Shown here in pieces: positions 49,212 to 59,099 of a DNA stretch of 64,000 bases. Origin of the DNA: Chthoniobacterales bacterium (lineage in GTDB: Bacteria; Verrucomicrobiota; Verrucomicrobiia; Chthoniobacterales; UBA6821); contig JBAPTI010000035.1 in assembly GCA_049282095.1 (NCBI GenBank), positions 11,927 to 75,926 on the forward strand, in the 5' to 3' direction. Position 1 is the stretch's first letter. Every line of letters begins with the position of its first letter. The translations under genes and the position numbers were made by a program. The notes under the pieces were generated by a model. That model searched no databases. It was given only the letters and a program-made list of their open reading frames with translations, and had not been told where the DNA came from.

Positions 49212-49402
49212 CTCGCGCAGAGACGCAGAGGCGCAGAGTTATTTATGACTAATGGCCACGCTTCTTTAGAAGCATCTCTCTTGGATGGAGTCGTCAGACC
49301 CCATTCTGAATCGATCTAGTGATTCTCCGATTTGAGGGGCGTAACAGTGCCTATCTTACCCGGCCCCGATCCTTTGTCTTTTCCTCCGCGCCTCTGCGCG
49401 AG
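49212..49402. repeat. imperfect inverted repeat built from CGCAGAGN octamers
   Basis: Left arm CTCGCGCAGAGACGCAGAGGCGCAGAG (49212-49238, containing CGCAGAGN x3 at 49216-49239). Right arm CTCCGCGCCTCTGCGCGAG (49384-49402) is its partial reverse complement. AT-richer sequence lies between the arms. Confidence 0.6.
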
Positions 49403-49487
49403 TCCTTTTATCTATCGACCGTCAAGATAATCGCCCAAGGAACGACAGATTAACTAGATGATGCTCTAGAGTCGGGGTTGATCAGGG

Positions 49488-49817
49488 TCAGACAGATTCC
49501 TTTTTTCCTGACGGATCACTCTCCCCGGCGGCAACGGAGCCGGTAACGGAGCCATTTTGACCACTTGAAGGGGGCGGAGTCACGGCGCCACCCGATTGGA
49601 TCACCTGACCCTGCGGGGACTCGATCTTGGGAAGCGGGGGAACCCCGGAGATCTCGCGGTGAAAGTCCTCCTTGGCGCGCTGCAACTCACCGAGCGCCTT
49701 GCCTAGACCACGGGCGATCTCGGGAATCCTCTTCGGACCGAAGAGGACAAGGGCAAGGATGCCGATGAAGATCCACTCCGGAGCTGCGGGCATGCCGAAA
49801 GCAAGGAGGGGAATCAT
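49488..49817 (-). CDS. tatA: twin-arginine translocase TatA/E
   Basis: IGILALVLFGPKRIPEIARGLGKALGE. Alternative start at 49793 (MPAAPEW). Confidence 0.8.
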   Translation of the reverse strand: MIPLLAFGMPAAPEWIFIGILALVLFGPKRIPEIARGLGKALGELQRAKEDFHREISGVPPLPKIESPQGQVIQSGGAVTPPPSSGQNGSVTGSVAAGESDPSGKKESV

Positions 49818-49831
49818 GACAGGAAGTGTGG

Positions 49832-50761
49832 TTACTTGAGCAGGGGCAGGGCCGCCTCAAGCGAGGCGACGTCGGAGACGCTGATCACCTCGGTTCCCTT
49901 GCGGATGCGGCCAACAAGGCCGGCGATGATGCCGCCGGGGCCGAGTTCGAGGAAGCGGGTGATGCCGAGATGGTCGATCATGTACTCGATGCTCGCGGTC
50001 CAGCAGACGGAGCCGGTGACCTGATCAGCCAGTGACTTGCGGATGGCATCGGGGGATTCCGCCGGACGGGCATCGACGTTCCCGACAACGGGCACACGCG
50101 GCATGACGATCGGGGTCTCCGCCAGCACGGTGCTCAGGCGCTGATAGGCGGGCTCCATCAGGCGGGAGTGGAACGCCCCGGCCACGGTGAGCTCGACCGC
50201 CTTGCGGGCTCCGTATTCCTTGGCCATCCCGACGGCGAGGGCAATCTTGGACTTCTCTCCCGAGATGACGATCTGGCCGGGGCTGTTGAAGTTGGCCACG
50301 TCGACATCGGCCGCGGCGGCAAGATTACGCACCCCCTGCTCATCGGCACCGATGATGGCGGCCATGCCCCCCTCGGTCGCCTCGCACGCTTCCTGCATGA
50401 AGCGGGATCGCTTGTCGACCAGACGGAGACCCGTCTCGAAGTCGAAGGTGCCTGCTGCGGCGTGGGCGGTGAATTCCCCGAGCGAGAGCCCAGCGGCAGC
50501 GTCAAAGGAAAGGGATGGCACTTTTTCCTTCAGCACGACCAGAGCGGAGAGTCCGTGAACATAGAGTGCTGGCTGGCAGATAGATGTCCTGGTCAGTTCC
50601 TCTGCCGGTCCCTCGAAGGCGGTCTGCGAGAGGGAGTAGCCGAGAATCGAGTCAGCGTTGGCAAACAGATCGGCGGCGACGGGATAGGCTGCGGCAAGAT
50701 CCTTGCCCATGCCGACGGCTTGGGCTCCCTGACCGGAGAAGAGGAGTGCTGTTTTCATCAA
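49832..50761 (-). CDS. fabD: malonyl-CoA:ACP transacylase
   Basis: FSGQGAQ, active-site GLSLGEF, 309 aa. Confidence 0.9.
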   Translation of the reverse strand: MMKTALLFSGQGAQAVGMGKDLAAAYPVAADLFANADSILGYSLSQTAFEGPAEELTRTSICQPALYVHGLSALVVLKEKVPSLSFDAAAGLSLGEFTAHAAAGTFDFETGLRLVDKRSRFMQEACEATEGGMAAIIGADEQGVRNLAAAADVDVANFNSPGQIVISGEKSKIALAVGMAKEYGARKAVELTVAGAFHSRLMEPAYQRLSTVLAETPIVMPRVPVVGNVDARPAESPDAIRKSLADQVTGSVCWTASIEYMIDHLGITRFLELGPGGIIAGLVGRIRKGTEVISVSDVASLEAALPLLK

Positions 50762-50843
50762 TGGAGGTGGTTAGACTGTAGGCTGTTGGACTATTAGGGA
50801 AAATCAATCCGGGGAGGACTTGGGATCCGCCGACGCTTCCTTA

Positions 50844-50872
50844 AGGAAGCACTGATTTAATCAGCGTTTCCT
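50844..50872. mobile_element. collapsed 29-bp copy of the MITE termini, TA-flanked
   Basis: AGGAAGCACTGATT|TAATCAGCGTTTCCT is the left and right terminal repeats joined without the core. TA at 50842-50843 and 50873-50874, the latter inside the TAA stop of the adjacent gene. Confidence 0.65.
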
Positions 50873-51678
50873 TAGAAATAAAATGGGATTCCGGCTTTGG
50901 CGAAAGCCTCTTTCTGGTCCTTCAGGTAGGTATTCCCGAGACGATCGAATCCACCGGAGACGCGGAAGGATTTCAGGAAGGCATTCACCTGTTCGCGCAA
51001 CTCCGTGTCACCGGGACGGAGGGCGACAGCCCATGATTCGGTCTGCACCGGCTTGAGGAGTGCAACCGTTTCGACCGGGTGCTCCTGATGATGCTTCCAG
51101 ACGCTCATCTGGTCGTAGAGGAATCCGTCGGCCTTGCCCTGAACGACCTCGAGGACTGCGGAGGATTCCTTGTCGAGCACCAGGACCTTCGCCTGCTTAA
51201 GATGTTCCTTGGCCCAGACTTGGGCGGTGGTTCCCTGGCGGACCGCCACGGTTCTGCCGGGGCGGTCGAGATCCGCGGCGGCGTTGAGACCGGAGTTTTT
51301 TCCGGCAAGAAGCGCCAATCCGATGTTGAGGTAGGGATCGGAGAAGGCAATGGCCTTCCGCCGCTCGGGCGTGTCGGTCATCGAGGAGATCACCAGGTCG
51401 ATCTTACCGGTGAGGAGCGATGGAATCAGCCCGGTGAAGGGGATGTTCTCGATGCGGACGGGACGGTGGAGCGACTCGCCCAATGCCCGGGCCAGATCGA
51501 CGCTGACACCGGCGGGCTTGCCCCCGGCATCAATCATCTCGAAGGGCGGGTAAGAGAGATCCATCCCGACCACGAGCGGCTTATCTGCAGACGAAGTCTC
51601 TTTCCTACCGCATCCGCAGACAAGGATCAGGAAAGCCAATGCCAGCAGGAGGATCGGCTGGTTCCCTCCTTTCTGCAT
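50872..51678 (-). CDS. ABC transporter substrate-binding lipoprotein (polar amino acid, PBP type 2/3)
   Basis: Lipobox LILVCGC; VVGMDLSYPPFEMID; DLVISSMTDTPERR. Confidence 0.8.
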   Translation of the reverse strand: MQKGGNQPILLLALAFLILVCGCGRKETSSADKPLVVGMDLSYPPFEMIDAGGKPAGVSVDLARALGESLHRPVRIENIPFTGLIPSLLTGKIDLVISSMTDTPERRKAIAFSDPYLNIGLALLAGKNSGLNAAADLDRPGRTVAVRQGTTAQVWAKEHLKQAKVLVLDKESSAVLEVVQGKADGFLYDQMSVWKHHQEHPVETVALLKPVQTESWAVALRPGDTELREQVNAFLKSFRVSGGFDRLGNTYLKDQKEAFAKAGIPFYF

Positions 51679-51717
51679 TTTTCCTTCAGCCTTCAGTCTT
51701 TAGACTTCAGCCTCTAA

Positions 51718-53097
51718 TCAGAGCTGCGGCGCATGCCATCCGCCCGAAGGGAGGAGGACATCGTTGACCGCGTCGGGCCCCCAAGTGCCGGGCTTGTAGG
51801 GATGGACTGGGACGGAATTGCCGATGATCTTCTCGACGATTCGCCACCCCTCCTCGACGACATCCTGACGGGCGAAGAGGGCCTGATCACCCTGGATGGC
51901 GTCGCCAATGAGGCGTTCGTAAGGGGTCATCTCGTCGGGTTGCTGGTCGACAACCTTCAACTCCATCGGCTCTCCCACCATCCGCTCGCCGTCGATCTTC
52001 ACCTGCATGCAGATGCCGATCTCGATGCGGGGAGAGAAGAGGAAGCGGACGTAGTTGTGCATCGGGGCCTGCTCGTCCGGAAAGACGACCTGAGGCGGGC
52101 GGTGGAACTGGACGCGCACCTCGGTCGCCGAGACGGGCAGATTCTTCCCGGCGCGAATGTAGATGGGGACACCCTGCCAGCGCCAGTTGTCGATGAAGAC
52201 GCGGACGGCCGCGAAGGTCTCTGTCTGGCTGTTGGGGGCCACGCCGGGCTCCTGCAGGTAGCCCTCGAACTGGCCCCGGACGATATCGTTGGTCGAGATC
52301 GTGCGGATCGACTTGAAGAGCTTCACCTGCTCGTCGCGCACGCGCTCCTTGTCGGGCCAGTAGGGGGGCTCCATGCAGAGGAAACCGACCACCTGCATGA
52401 GGTGGTTCTCGATCACGTCACGAAGGCAGCCCGTGGCGTCGTAGAACGCACCGCGTCCCTGCACGCCGAAGGACTCGGCCATGGTGATCTGGATGTTGCT
52501 GATGTAGTTGCGGTTCCAGACCGGCTCGAGGAAGGCGTTGGCGAAGCGGGTGTAGAGGACATTCTGCGTCGCCTCCTTGCCGAGGTAATGATCGATGCGG
52601 AAGACCTGACGCTCCTCGAGGACCTCGTGGAGGGTGCGGTTGAGCGCCTTGGCGGAGGAGGCATCATGGCCGAAAGGCTTCTCGACGACGACACGGGCTT
52701 CGTCGTTGAGGCATCCGGCGGCCTTGAGCCCCTTGGTCACCGTTCCGAAGAGGACGGGCGGGATGGCGAGGTAGAAGAGCGGACGCTTGGCATCGCCAAG
52801 GGCCTTCTTGAGGTTCTGGAAGGTCGCCGGATCCGCGTAGTCGCCGTCGACGTACTGGAACTGGTCGGCGAACTTCTTGAAGATCGCCTCGTCGACCCCG
52901 CGGCCGAAGGTGGTGATCCCCTCCCGTGCGCGGTCGATAACCTGCTCGCGGGTCATGCCGCTCTTGGCGACCCCGATCACCGGCCCCTCGAGCACCCCGC
53001 GACGGTAGAGCGCCTGGATGGTGTCGAAGAGTTTCTTGTGGGCCAGGTCTCCGGTGGCTCCGAAGAGCACCAAGGCGTCGCTTTTTTCAGCAGGCAT
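51718..53097 (-). CDS. zwf: glucose-6-phosphate 1-dehydrogenase
   Basis: [15 protein letters not shown], active-site RIDHYLGKE. Confidence 0.9.
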   Translation of the reverse strand: MPAEKSDALVLFGATGDLAHKKLFDTIQALYRRGVLEGPVIGVAKSGMTREQVIDRAREGITTFGRGVDEAIFKKFADQFQYVDGDYADPATFQNLKKALGDAKRPLFYLAIPPVLFGTVTKGLKAAGCLNDEARVVVEKPFGHDASSAKALNRTLHEVLEERQVFRIDHYLGKEATQNVLYTRFANAFLEPVWNRNYISNIQITMAESFGVQGRGAFYDATGCLRDVIENHLMQVVGFLCMEPPYWPDKERVRDEQVKLFKSIRTISTNDIVRGQFEGYLQEPGVAPNSQTETFAAVRVFIDNWRWQGVPIYIRAGKNLPVSATEVRVQFHRPPQVVFPDEQAPMHNYVRFLFSPRIEIGICMQVKIDGERMVGEPMELKVVDQQPDEMTPYERLIGDAIQGDQALFARQDVVEEGWRIVEKIIGNSVPVHPYKPGTWGPDAVNDVLLPSGGWHAPQL

Positions 53098-53127
53098 GAG
53101 AACGGGATGGCTGGGGTGTTTCGGAGG

Positions 53128-54147
53128 TTACTTGGAACCGGCCGGCTTCTCGAGGTGACCGCCGAACTCGAAGCGCATCGCCGAACAGATCTTGTCGGCA
53201 TACTCGGCCAGATTGCGGCTCGAGAAGCGCTCGTAGAGGGCGGAGCTGAGGACGGGGGCGGGAACGCCCTCCTCGATCGCGGCAAGGATCGTCCAGCGGC
53301 CCTCGCCGGAGTCGCTGACGCGGCCGCCGAATGTCTTGAGCTCTGGATCGCGGGCCAGCGCGTCGGCGGTGAGGTCGAGCAGCCAGCTGGCCACCACGCT
53401 GCCGCGGCGCCAGACCTCGGTAATCTCGGGGAGATCGAGGTCGTACTGGTAGTTCTCCGGATCACGAAGAGGGGTGGTCTCGGCGTCGATCTCCCGCTTC
53501 ACCTTGCCGGCGTTGGCGTTCTTGAGGATGTTCAGGCCCTCGGCGTAGGCGGCCATCATGCCGTACTCGATGCCGTTGTGGACCATCTTGACGAAGTGTC
53601 CGGCACCGTTGGGGCCGCAATGAAGGTATCCCTCCTCGGCGGTTCCCTTGCGGGTACGGCTCGGGGTCACCGGCGCATCTCCCTTGCCCGGAGCAAGCGC
53701 CTTGAGGATCGGATCGAGGTAACCGACCGACTCCTTGGATCCACCGATCATCTCGCAGTAACCGCGCTCGAGACCCCAGACGCCTCCGGAGGTTCCGACA
53801 TCGACGTACTCGATGCCCTTGGCGGCCAACTCCTTGGCGCGGCGGATGTCATCCTTGTAGTAGGAGTTGCCGCCGTCGATGAGGATGTCGCCCTTGCCGA
53901 GCAGGGGAGCAAATGTGGCGATGGTGTCGTCCACATAGGCCGCGGGAATCATCATCCAGACCGCCTTGGGGCCGGTGAGCTTGGAGACCAGGTCCTTTTG
54001 ATCAAGAGCCGCGATGGCACCCTTTGCTGCGAGATCCTTGACCGCATCCTGGCTGCGGTCCCAGACAACAACTTCGTGACCTGCCTTGATAAGGCGGAGA
54101 ACCATGTTGGCTCCCATTCGACCGAGACCGACCATTCCGATGCGCAT
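53128..54147 (-). CDS. gnd: 6-phosphogluconate dehydrogenase, decarboxylating (short form)
   Basis: [16 protein letters not shown] Rossmann start at ATG 54147 (the track ORF runs to 54498, with an implausible 117-aa leader); GGNSYY. Confidence 0.85.
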   Translation of the reverse strand: MRIGMVGLGRMGANMVLRLIKAGHEVVVWDRSQDAVKDLAAKGAIAALDQKDLVSKLTGPKAVWMMIPAAYVDDTIATFAPLLGKGDILIDGGNSYYKDDIRRAKELAAKGIEYVDVGTSGGVWGLERGYCEMIGGSKESVGYLDPILKALAPGKGDAPVTPSRTRKGTAEEGYLHCGPNGAGHFVKMVHNGIEYGMMAAYAEGLNILKNANAGKVKREIDAETTPLRDPENYQYDLDLPEITEVWRRGSVVASWLLDLTADALARDPELKTFGGRVSDSGEGRWTILAAIEEGVPAPVLSSALYERFSSRNLAEYADKICSAMRFEFGGHLEKPAGSK

Positions 54148-54297
54148 AATGTGTGTTCCTGGTTGTTCCTTTGTGAGGAGGGGTTTTTGTGAACCCTTCA
54201 AATCACAGAGGAATGCCATTCCGTCAAGCATCGGCTCACAAGAAACGTGACACATTCGCCACTCGCCGCGGAGGAAACGGGTCTTTAACTTGCTGGC

Positions 54298-55032
54298 ATG
54301 AACAACCGCACCGGGATTATCGCCGCCATGGAATCGGAAATCCGCGACCTCTCCTCGTCGCTCGAGCATGAGGGTGCTGAAACGGTAGCTGGGAGGGAAA
54401 TCCGTTACGGCCGCCTGGAGGGAGAACCGGTGGCCCTGATTCTCTGCGGCTGCGGCAAGGTGAATGCGACCCTCTCGGCCACCCTCCTCGCCGCACATGC
54501 GAAAGTCTCAAGGATCCTGGTCACGGGAGTTTCCGGGGGCCTTGCCGAAGGCATCAAGGTCGGGGACATCGTGATCGGGGACTCCTTCGCGCAGCATGAC
54601 ATGGATGCCCGGCCCCTCTTTCCCCTGCACGAGGTTCCCTTCGAGGGGTTCTCAACCATCGAGGCCGATGCCGCACTGCGCTATCTCCTGATGGAGGCCT
54701 CCCGGAGCATGCTCTCCTCCACGAGGCCTCCGGGACTCCAGGAAGCACAGGTCCGCGAGGGACTCGTGGTGAGCGGTGATCAGTTCCTCTCGAGCAGCGA
54801 GGCCCGCAACAACGTGCTGGAAAATCTCCCGAAAGCCTGCGCCGTCGACATGGAATCGGCGGCGGTCGCCCAGGTCTGCCGCGCGGCAGGTCTTCCGCTC
54901 GGGGTCATGCGCGTCATCTCCGACTCGGCCGATGGGAGCGCCCACATCGACTTCGCCAAGTTCGTGGAGGAATCCGCCTCAATAGCCTGCGCCGAGACGG
55001 TGAGGCACGCATTACGCGCCTTGGCGCGCTGA
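54298..55032 (+). CDS. mtnN: 5'-methylthioadenosine/S-adenosylhomocysteine nucleosidase
   Basis: [31 protein letters not shown]. Confidence 0.85.
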   Translation: MNNRTGIIAAMESEIRDLSSSLEHEGAETVAGREIRYGRLEGEPVALILCGCGKVNATLSATLLAAHAKVSRILVTGVSGGLAEGIKVGDIVIGDSFAQHDMDARPLFPLHEVPFEGFSTIEADAALRYLLMEASRSMLSSTRPPGLQEAQVREGLVVSGDQFLSSSEARNNVLENLPKACAVDMESAAVAQVCRAAGLPLGVMRVISDSADGSAHIDFAKFVEESASIACAETVRHALRALAR

Positions 55033-55250
55033 AGGCCTGCTAACGCAGGCCAAGGCTATTAGCCGTTTAGACTGAAGGCTGTTAGGAAAGCAGGAAACCA
55101 AAGGGGTCGAAAAGTTATTAACTTGGTTCTTTTGCTGGAGCAGAACGTGCCCGATGACCTGCTCCCACTTGCTTTTGGCACCAAAGTCTGCTCCGCAGCC
55201 GACGTGCCAAAAGTGCCGAAGGCATGGGAGTTAGGTCCATCGGCTCGTTA

Positions 55251-55526
55251 TGGAAGCGCTGATTAAATCGCATAGAGGCCGTTGCGGGAAGAATGGGCCG
55301 CGGGCAAGGCGGCTTGGCGCGAGCATCCCCGCAGTGGGCTGTAAGCACCAAGCCAACGCAGCCCCCGGCCTGTTATCTCCGCAACCCGGAGGGCTGAAGC
55401 CATTTGTCGATTTTTGCGGCGTTGCTCGCTCGGGCGAGACCGCTGCGGGTATCGCCCAGCACTCGCGCCTTCAAAAATCAGCAAATGCTCTTCAGCGGCC
55501 TTCATGGGATTTAATCAGCGCTTCCT
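55251..55526 (-). mobile_element. 276-bp MITE-like element, copy B (inverted relative to copy A), flanked by TA/TA
   Basis: Same length as copy A, with about a dozen substitutions by my hand alignment. Termini TGGAAGCGCTGATTAAATC / GATTTAATCAGCGCTTCCT. TA at 55249-55250 and 55527-55528. Confidence 0.8.
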
Positions 55527-55568
55527 TAGGTCTTTTCTGATTTGACGATCTCAGTTCTTATTTCTGAA

Positions 55569-55808
55569 TCATTCATTTTGGAGTGACTGTTCGAAAACAT
55601 AGCGGTGTATCGGGATAATAAATCCGTGCGTCTCGATTCCTCTGAGAATCCACCCGCTGCATCGCATTCGGGCGAGGCTCCGCGAAAGCAATTCATCCGT
55701 CTCTTTGGTCCAAAGGATACCAAACTGAAACTTTCCCTTTTCTTGAAGGATCTGCTCATCAAGAAGCTGCTTGCGTGTTTTGATCTGGAATTCGCTTTGG
55801 TGGTTCAT
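55569..55808 (-). CDS. hypothetical small protein in AT-rich patch
   Basis: 79-aa ORF in a locally AT-rich segment. Overlapping alternative ORFs exist and no family is recognised. Confidence 0.25.
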   Translation of the reverse strand: MNHQSEFQIKTRKQLLDEQILQEKGKFQFGILWTKETDELLSRSLARMRCSGWILRGIETHGFIIPIHRYVFEQSLQNE

Positions 55809-55885
55809 GTTTCGATGTGGCTTTGGCGTCGAAAAGCATCCGTTTCAAGCTACTTCTGACCTAACGCATTTTTGAACGACATGTC

Positions 55886-55937
55886 ATTATATTGCAATAA
55901 AGGATAACGCGTGCAATTTCCTCTTATGCAATATAAT
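55886..55937. promoter_or_regulatory. 11-bp perfect inverted repeat, operator-like
   Basis: ATTATATTGCA (55886-55896) and TGCAATATAAT (55927-55937), 30 nt apart, with a third TGCAAT at 55912-55917. Lies upstream of the 55569-55808 ORF. Confidence 0.3.
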
Positions 55938-56058
55938 CCGTTGATCTCCAAAGGGCACCAAGAGTGAAAGGGGCAGGTTTTTCATGGCCTCCTCCCAACA
56001 GTCTAACAGTCCAACAGCCCTTGGCCTATCCACCTCGTTCTAGCAAGTCGTCGACTTG

Positions 56059-57576
56059 CTAGAAAACCACCCCAATCTGCGCGCCGAGCACAAGGGCATT
56101 GGGGATGGTGCCGGTGCCGCCCGGATTGATCACCCACTGCGCGTCGGGCTGGATGTAGGCGAACTTGGTCATGTTGATGCGGTAGCCCCACTCGTAGACG
56201 AGTTCGTAGGTGGCGTAGCCGCCGAGTGTGGCCTGATTGGCCTGGGCATAGTTGGAGCTGAAGTTTCCGTAGGCCACGCCGAAGATGGAGACATCCTGCG
56301 GACGGAAAGGAATCAGGCCCGTGTAGACGAGACCGCCGTTGTACTGGAAGGGGACTTTGGCCGTATTCTGCTGAGGACAGAGGACAAAGGCACTCCAGGC
56401 GGTAAGGCCCGTGTCCTTGAAGGGGTTCATCCGGTAGAGCATCTGATCGAAGTGCCAGTAGAGGCCGTAGCCGCCGTTCTGCCGCTGCGTGGTGCCCCAC
56501 TGCGGATAGCTGTAGGTGGAGTAGTAGCCGCCCATCCAGTAGTGTCCGGGAAGGCCGTGCGGAATGGCATCGGAAGCCGGCGTGTTGAGATTTTTACCGT
56601 CGACGGTCGATTTGCCGTCGGATGACTTGGAGGCAGGGGCGGCCGGCTTGAAGAACTCGGGTGCCCATCCGTACTGGCCGATGAGCATGAGGCCGTCCCC
56701 GGGATTAAAGTTCCAGTTGAGGCCGTGCATCGAGGGGCGGGAAACCTGCGGGGAGACCTGATAGATGCCGAGCATCGCCTCCGACTCATGGGTGACCAAC
56801 GCGCGCACCCTTGCCCCCCAGACGCCCCACGGATAGGTCGAGAACATCCCGTTGACCGGCAACGACTGCGGATTCCCGTCGATGCCGTTGTTCATGTAGA
56901 GCCAGTAGAGCGGCGAGGAGGCGAACTCGTCGCCCGCGCTCATGCGCCCGAACTTGAAGCTGAAGCGGTCCTCGCAGAAGCGCTGGTTGTAGGCCAGTGA
57001 ATAGAAGATCGCGGTGGAGCCCCCGTACACCTGCTGGACGGTGAACTGGTTGCCGATGTTCTGCGCGGAGAGGTTGCTCCCGTCGCGGTTGAGCATGATG
57101 ACGCTGAGGGTGCCCCCCTTGTAGCCGAAGAGCGGTTGGGACTGGAACTCGAGGTCGAGGGTGAAGTTGTCGCAGTAGGTCATCCCCCGGCTCTTGCCCC
57201 CGGTCACATTGCCCGCGATGTCGCTGGTGTAGTTGAAGGAAATATCGAGGCCCTTCCTCGCCAGAGTGTCACGGAAGCCGAACCAGTTCTGCAGCGCGTA
57301 ATCGGACTTAAACCAGTCGCGGGTATTGACCCGGTTGCTGCGGTAGGGATCCCAGAAGCGCTGATTCCCCCAATTAAGTTCCGGAATCTGGTAGGGAATG
57401 TCGAAACGAAGATCCGCATCCGTGGCCATGAAGGGCATTCGGGGAATGTGGAGATGCACCGACATTTTCCTGCGTGCGGGTGTTGCTGGAGTTGGCTGGG
57501 AGGCTGAAGCTTCCGTGGCGACCGAATCGGGAGCAGCGGTCGAGACGGCGGCCGCCAGAAGGATGGGCAGGATCAT
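56059..57576 (-). CDS. carbohydrate-selective porin, OprB family (outer-membrane beta-barrel)
   Basis: Signal peptide MILPILLAAAVSTAAP (ATG 57576), aromatic/Gly-rich barrel sequence, C-terminal GAQIGVVF ending in Phe. Family call from memory. Confidence 0.7.
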   Translation of the reverse strand: MILPILLAAAVSTAAPDSVATEASASQPTPATPARRKMSVHLHIPRMPFMATDADLRFDIPYQIPELNWGNQRFWDPYRSNRVNTRDWFKSDYALQNWFGFRDTLARKGLDISFNYTSDIAGNVTGGKSRGMTYCDNFTLDLEFQSQPLFGYKGGTLSVIMLNRDGSNLSAQNIGNQFTVQQVYGGSTAIFYSLAYNQRFCEDRFSFKFGRMSAGDEFASSPLYWLYMNNGIDGNPQSLPVNGMFSTYPWGVWGARVRALVTHESEAMLGIYQVSPQVSRPSMHGLNWNFNPGDGLMLIGQYGWAPEFFKPAAPASKSSDGKSTVDGKNLNTPASDAIPHGLPGHYWMGGYYSTYSYPQWGTTQRQNGGYGLYWHFDQMLYRMNPFKDTGLTAWSAFVLCPQQNTAKVPFQYNGGLVYTGLIPFRPQDVSIFGVAYGNFSSNYAQANQATLGGYATYELVYEWGYRINMTKFAYIQPDAQWVINPGGTGTIPNALVLGAQIGVVF

Positions 57577-57789
57577 GGTTCCGAGGGGGGTTGGGAGGGT
57601 GAGTAGAGGAAAACGCGTGATACTGACCAAGGGCAACCTGTTTTTTAACCACACGGAAGCCACGTCTTGTGACCTACGCCCATTCATCTCTCATTTTCCA
57701 TTTTTCATTTTCCCCTCATGGCTCCACCCACTGATCCCGGAGAGTAATTTTTCCATCCCTTGGCTTGCAGTCATCCATCCCGAAGAAGC

Positions 57790-58887
57790 ATGGTTGAGAG
57801 AATGCGTCACATCTTTGTTTCCGGTTGCTACGACATCATCCACGCGGGCCATGTGCAGTTTTTTCGCGAAGCGAAGTCACTGGGCGACTTTCTGACCGTC
57901 TCCTTCGCCTCGGCAGAGGTTCTCTGGGCGCACAAGCAGCGCCGTTCCTCACTGCCAGACGAACACAAGAAGGGGATTCTCGAGGCCATGGAAATGATCG
58001 ACCAGGTCGTGGTGGGAAAAGGCACGGATCACGGACTCGATTTCCTTGAGGACTTCCGCCGTCTTAAACCCGATGTCCTCGCCGTCACTGAGGATGACCA
58101 GTATGGCACAATCAAGCGGGCCCTCTGTGCAGAAGTCGGAGCGGAGTATATCATCCTCCCCAAGACCCCTCCCCAATATGAACCGGTCTCCACGTCACAG
58201 CTGGTGAAGTGGATCCGGGCTCCGAAGGATGCCCCGCTGCGCGTCGATTTCGCGGGGGGGTGGCTTGATGTGCCGCGTCATGCACGGCCCGGCGATTTCA
58301 TCGTGAACTGCGCCATCCAACCCAAGGTCTCGCTCCGAGACTGGGGCTATGAGCGCAACGCCGGACTGGGTGGCAGCGGCGCCTGGGCTCTCTTGAACGG
58401 GAACACGGGAGTCGAGGAGGAGATCGATCTCGGAGTCGGCTGGCAGGATCCGGCCGTCATCCGCGAGACCGGCCTCTGCGTCTGGCGCAGCGGGCAGAAA
58501 CCATCCCTCGAGTTCAAGAATGACGGATCCATGCTGCGCGGACTGATGGCCCTCTGGTGGAGCGGAAAATCCCACGACACCCCCTCCATGGCGGATCAGA
58601 AACGGGATTATGCGGCGATCGGAAAGGCCAGCCACATCGCCCGGGAGGGTGTTCTCAAGGGGGACGTCAACACGCTCGGCAAGGGGATAGCGGCCTCCTA
58701 CGCCGTTCAACTTGGCGAAGGGATGTCACCTCTCCCCGAGGCTCCGGGATGCCTCGGCCGTAAATACTGCGGCGGAGGCTTCGGCGGCTACGCGCTCTAT
58801 CTTTTTGGCACGCAGGAGGAGCGCGCCGCGTTCCTCCGATCCGAGACCACGGCCCGCGCGATCGAACCCTACTCGAATTGGGAATAA
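57790..58887 (+). CDS. fusion protein: cytidylyltransferase-like nucleotidyltransferase + GHMP-kinase-like domain
   Basis: N-terminal HxGH motif FVSGCYDIIHAGHVQFF. C-terminal half has GHMP-like NAGLGGSGAWALL and GGGFGGYALYLF. Confidence 0.7.
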   Translation: MVERMRHIFVSGCYDIIHAGHVQFFREAKSLGDFLTVSFASAEVLWAHKQRRSSLPDEHKKGILEAMEMIDQVVVGKGTDHGLDFLEDFRRLKPDVLAVTEDDQYGTIKRALCAEVGAEYIILPKTPPQYEPVSTSQLVKWIRAPKDAPLRVDFAGGWLDVPRHARPGDFIVNCAIQPKVSLRDWGYERNAGLGGSGAWALLNGNTGVEEEIDLGVGWQDPAVIRETGLCVWRSGQKPSLEFKNDGSMLRGLMALWWSGKSHDTPSMADQKRDYAAIGKASHIAREGVLKGDVNTLGKGIAASYAVQLGEGMSPLPEAPGCLGRKYCGGGFGGYALYLFGTQEERAAFLRSETTARAIEPYSNWE

Positions 58888-59046
58888 GGGAATAGCGAAG
58901 AGGTCAGGGGTCAGTAGATCGGAAATAGGGATTTGGGAATTGGTGATGAAGAATATTTGAATGGGGAGGCAGGGGGTAAATTCATGAAGCTCCTCCTTGG
59001 AAAGGTCATGTCGACACTCGGCAATTCTATATTCAGTTTTTCTCCT

Positions 59047-59073
59047 CTCCGCGCCTCAGCGCCCCTGCGCGAC
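59047..59073. repeat. CGCAGAG-word repeat, complementary orientation
   Basis: CTCCGCGCCTCAGCGCCCCTGCGCGAC; its reverse complement resembles 14472-14497 and 49212-49238. Confidence 0.5.
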
Positions 59074-59099
59074 AACTTTCTGCATTTCCCCCCGGATCA

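Noticed and set aside
54148-54498. Upstream extensions of track ORFs (gnd 54148-54498; AraC 11933-12286; Rieske 11850-12035; xerD 38355-38627; sucB 22228-22299; porin 57577-57687; rplI 47028-47132; TPR 35645-35899)
   Set aside because: The extensions overlap neighbouring genes or spacers and add non-homologous low-complexity residues ahead of canonical N-termini (Rossmann start, signal peptides, lipoyl domain), which begin at internal ATGs.
55118-55250. Fifth copy of the hairpin module (contains CTTGGTTC, TGCC-GAAG-GCA and a GGAGCAG/CTGCTCC stem) and the 77-aa ORF 55118-55351
   Set aside because: The order of blocks does not match the unit in either orientation: GAACCAAG would sit at the 3' end. 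The ORF runs into MITE copy B and has no motif. Left unannotated.
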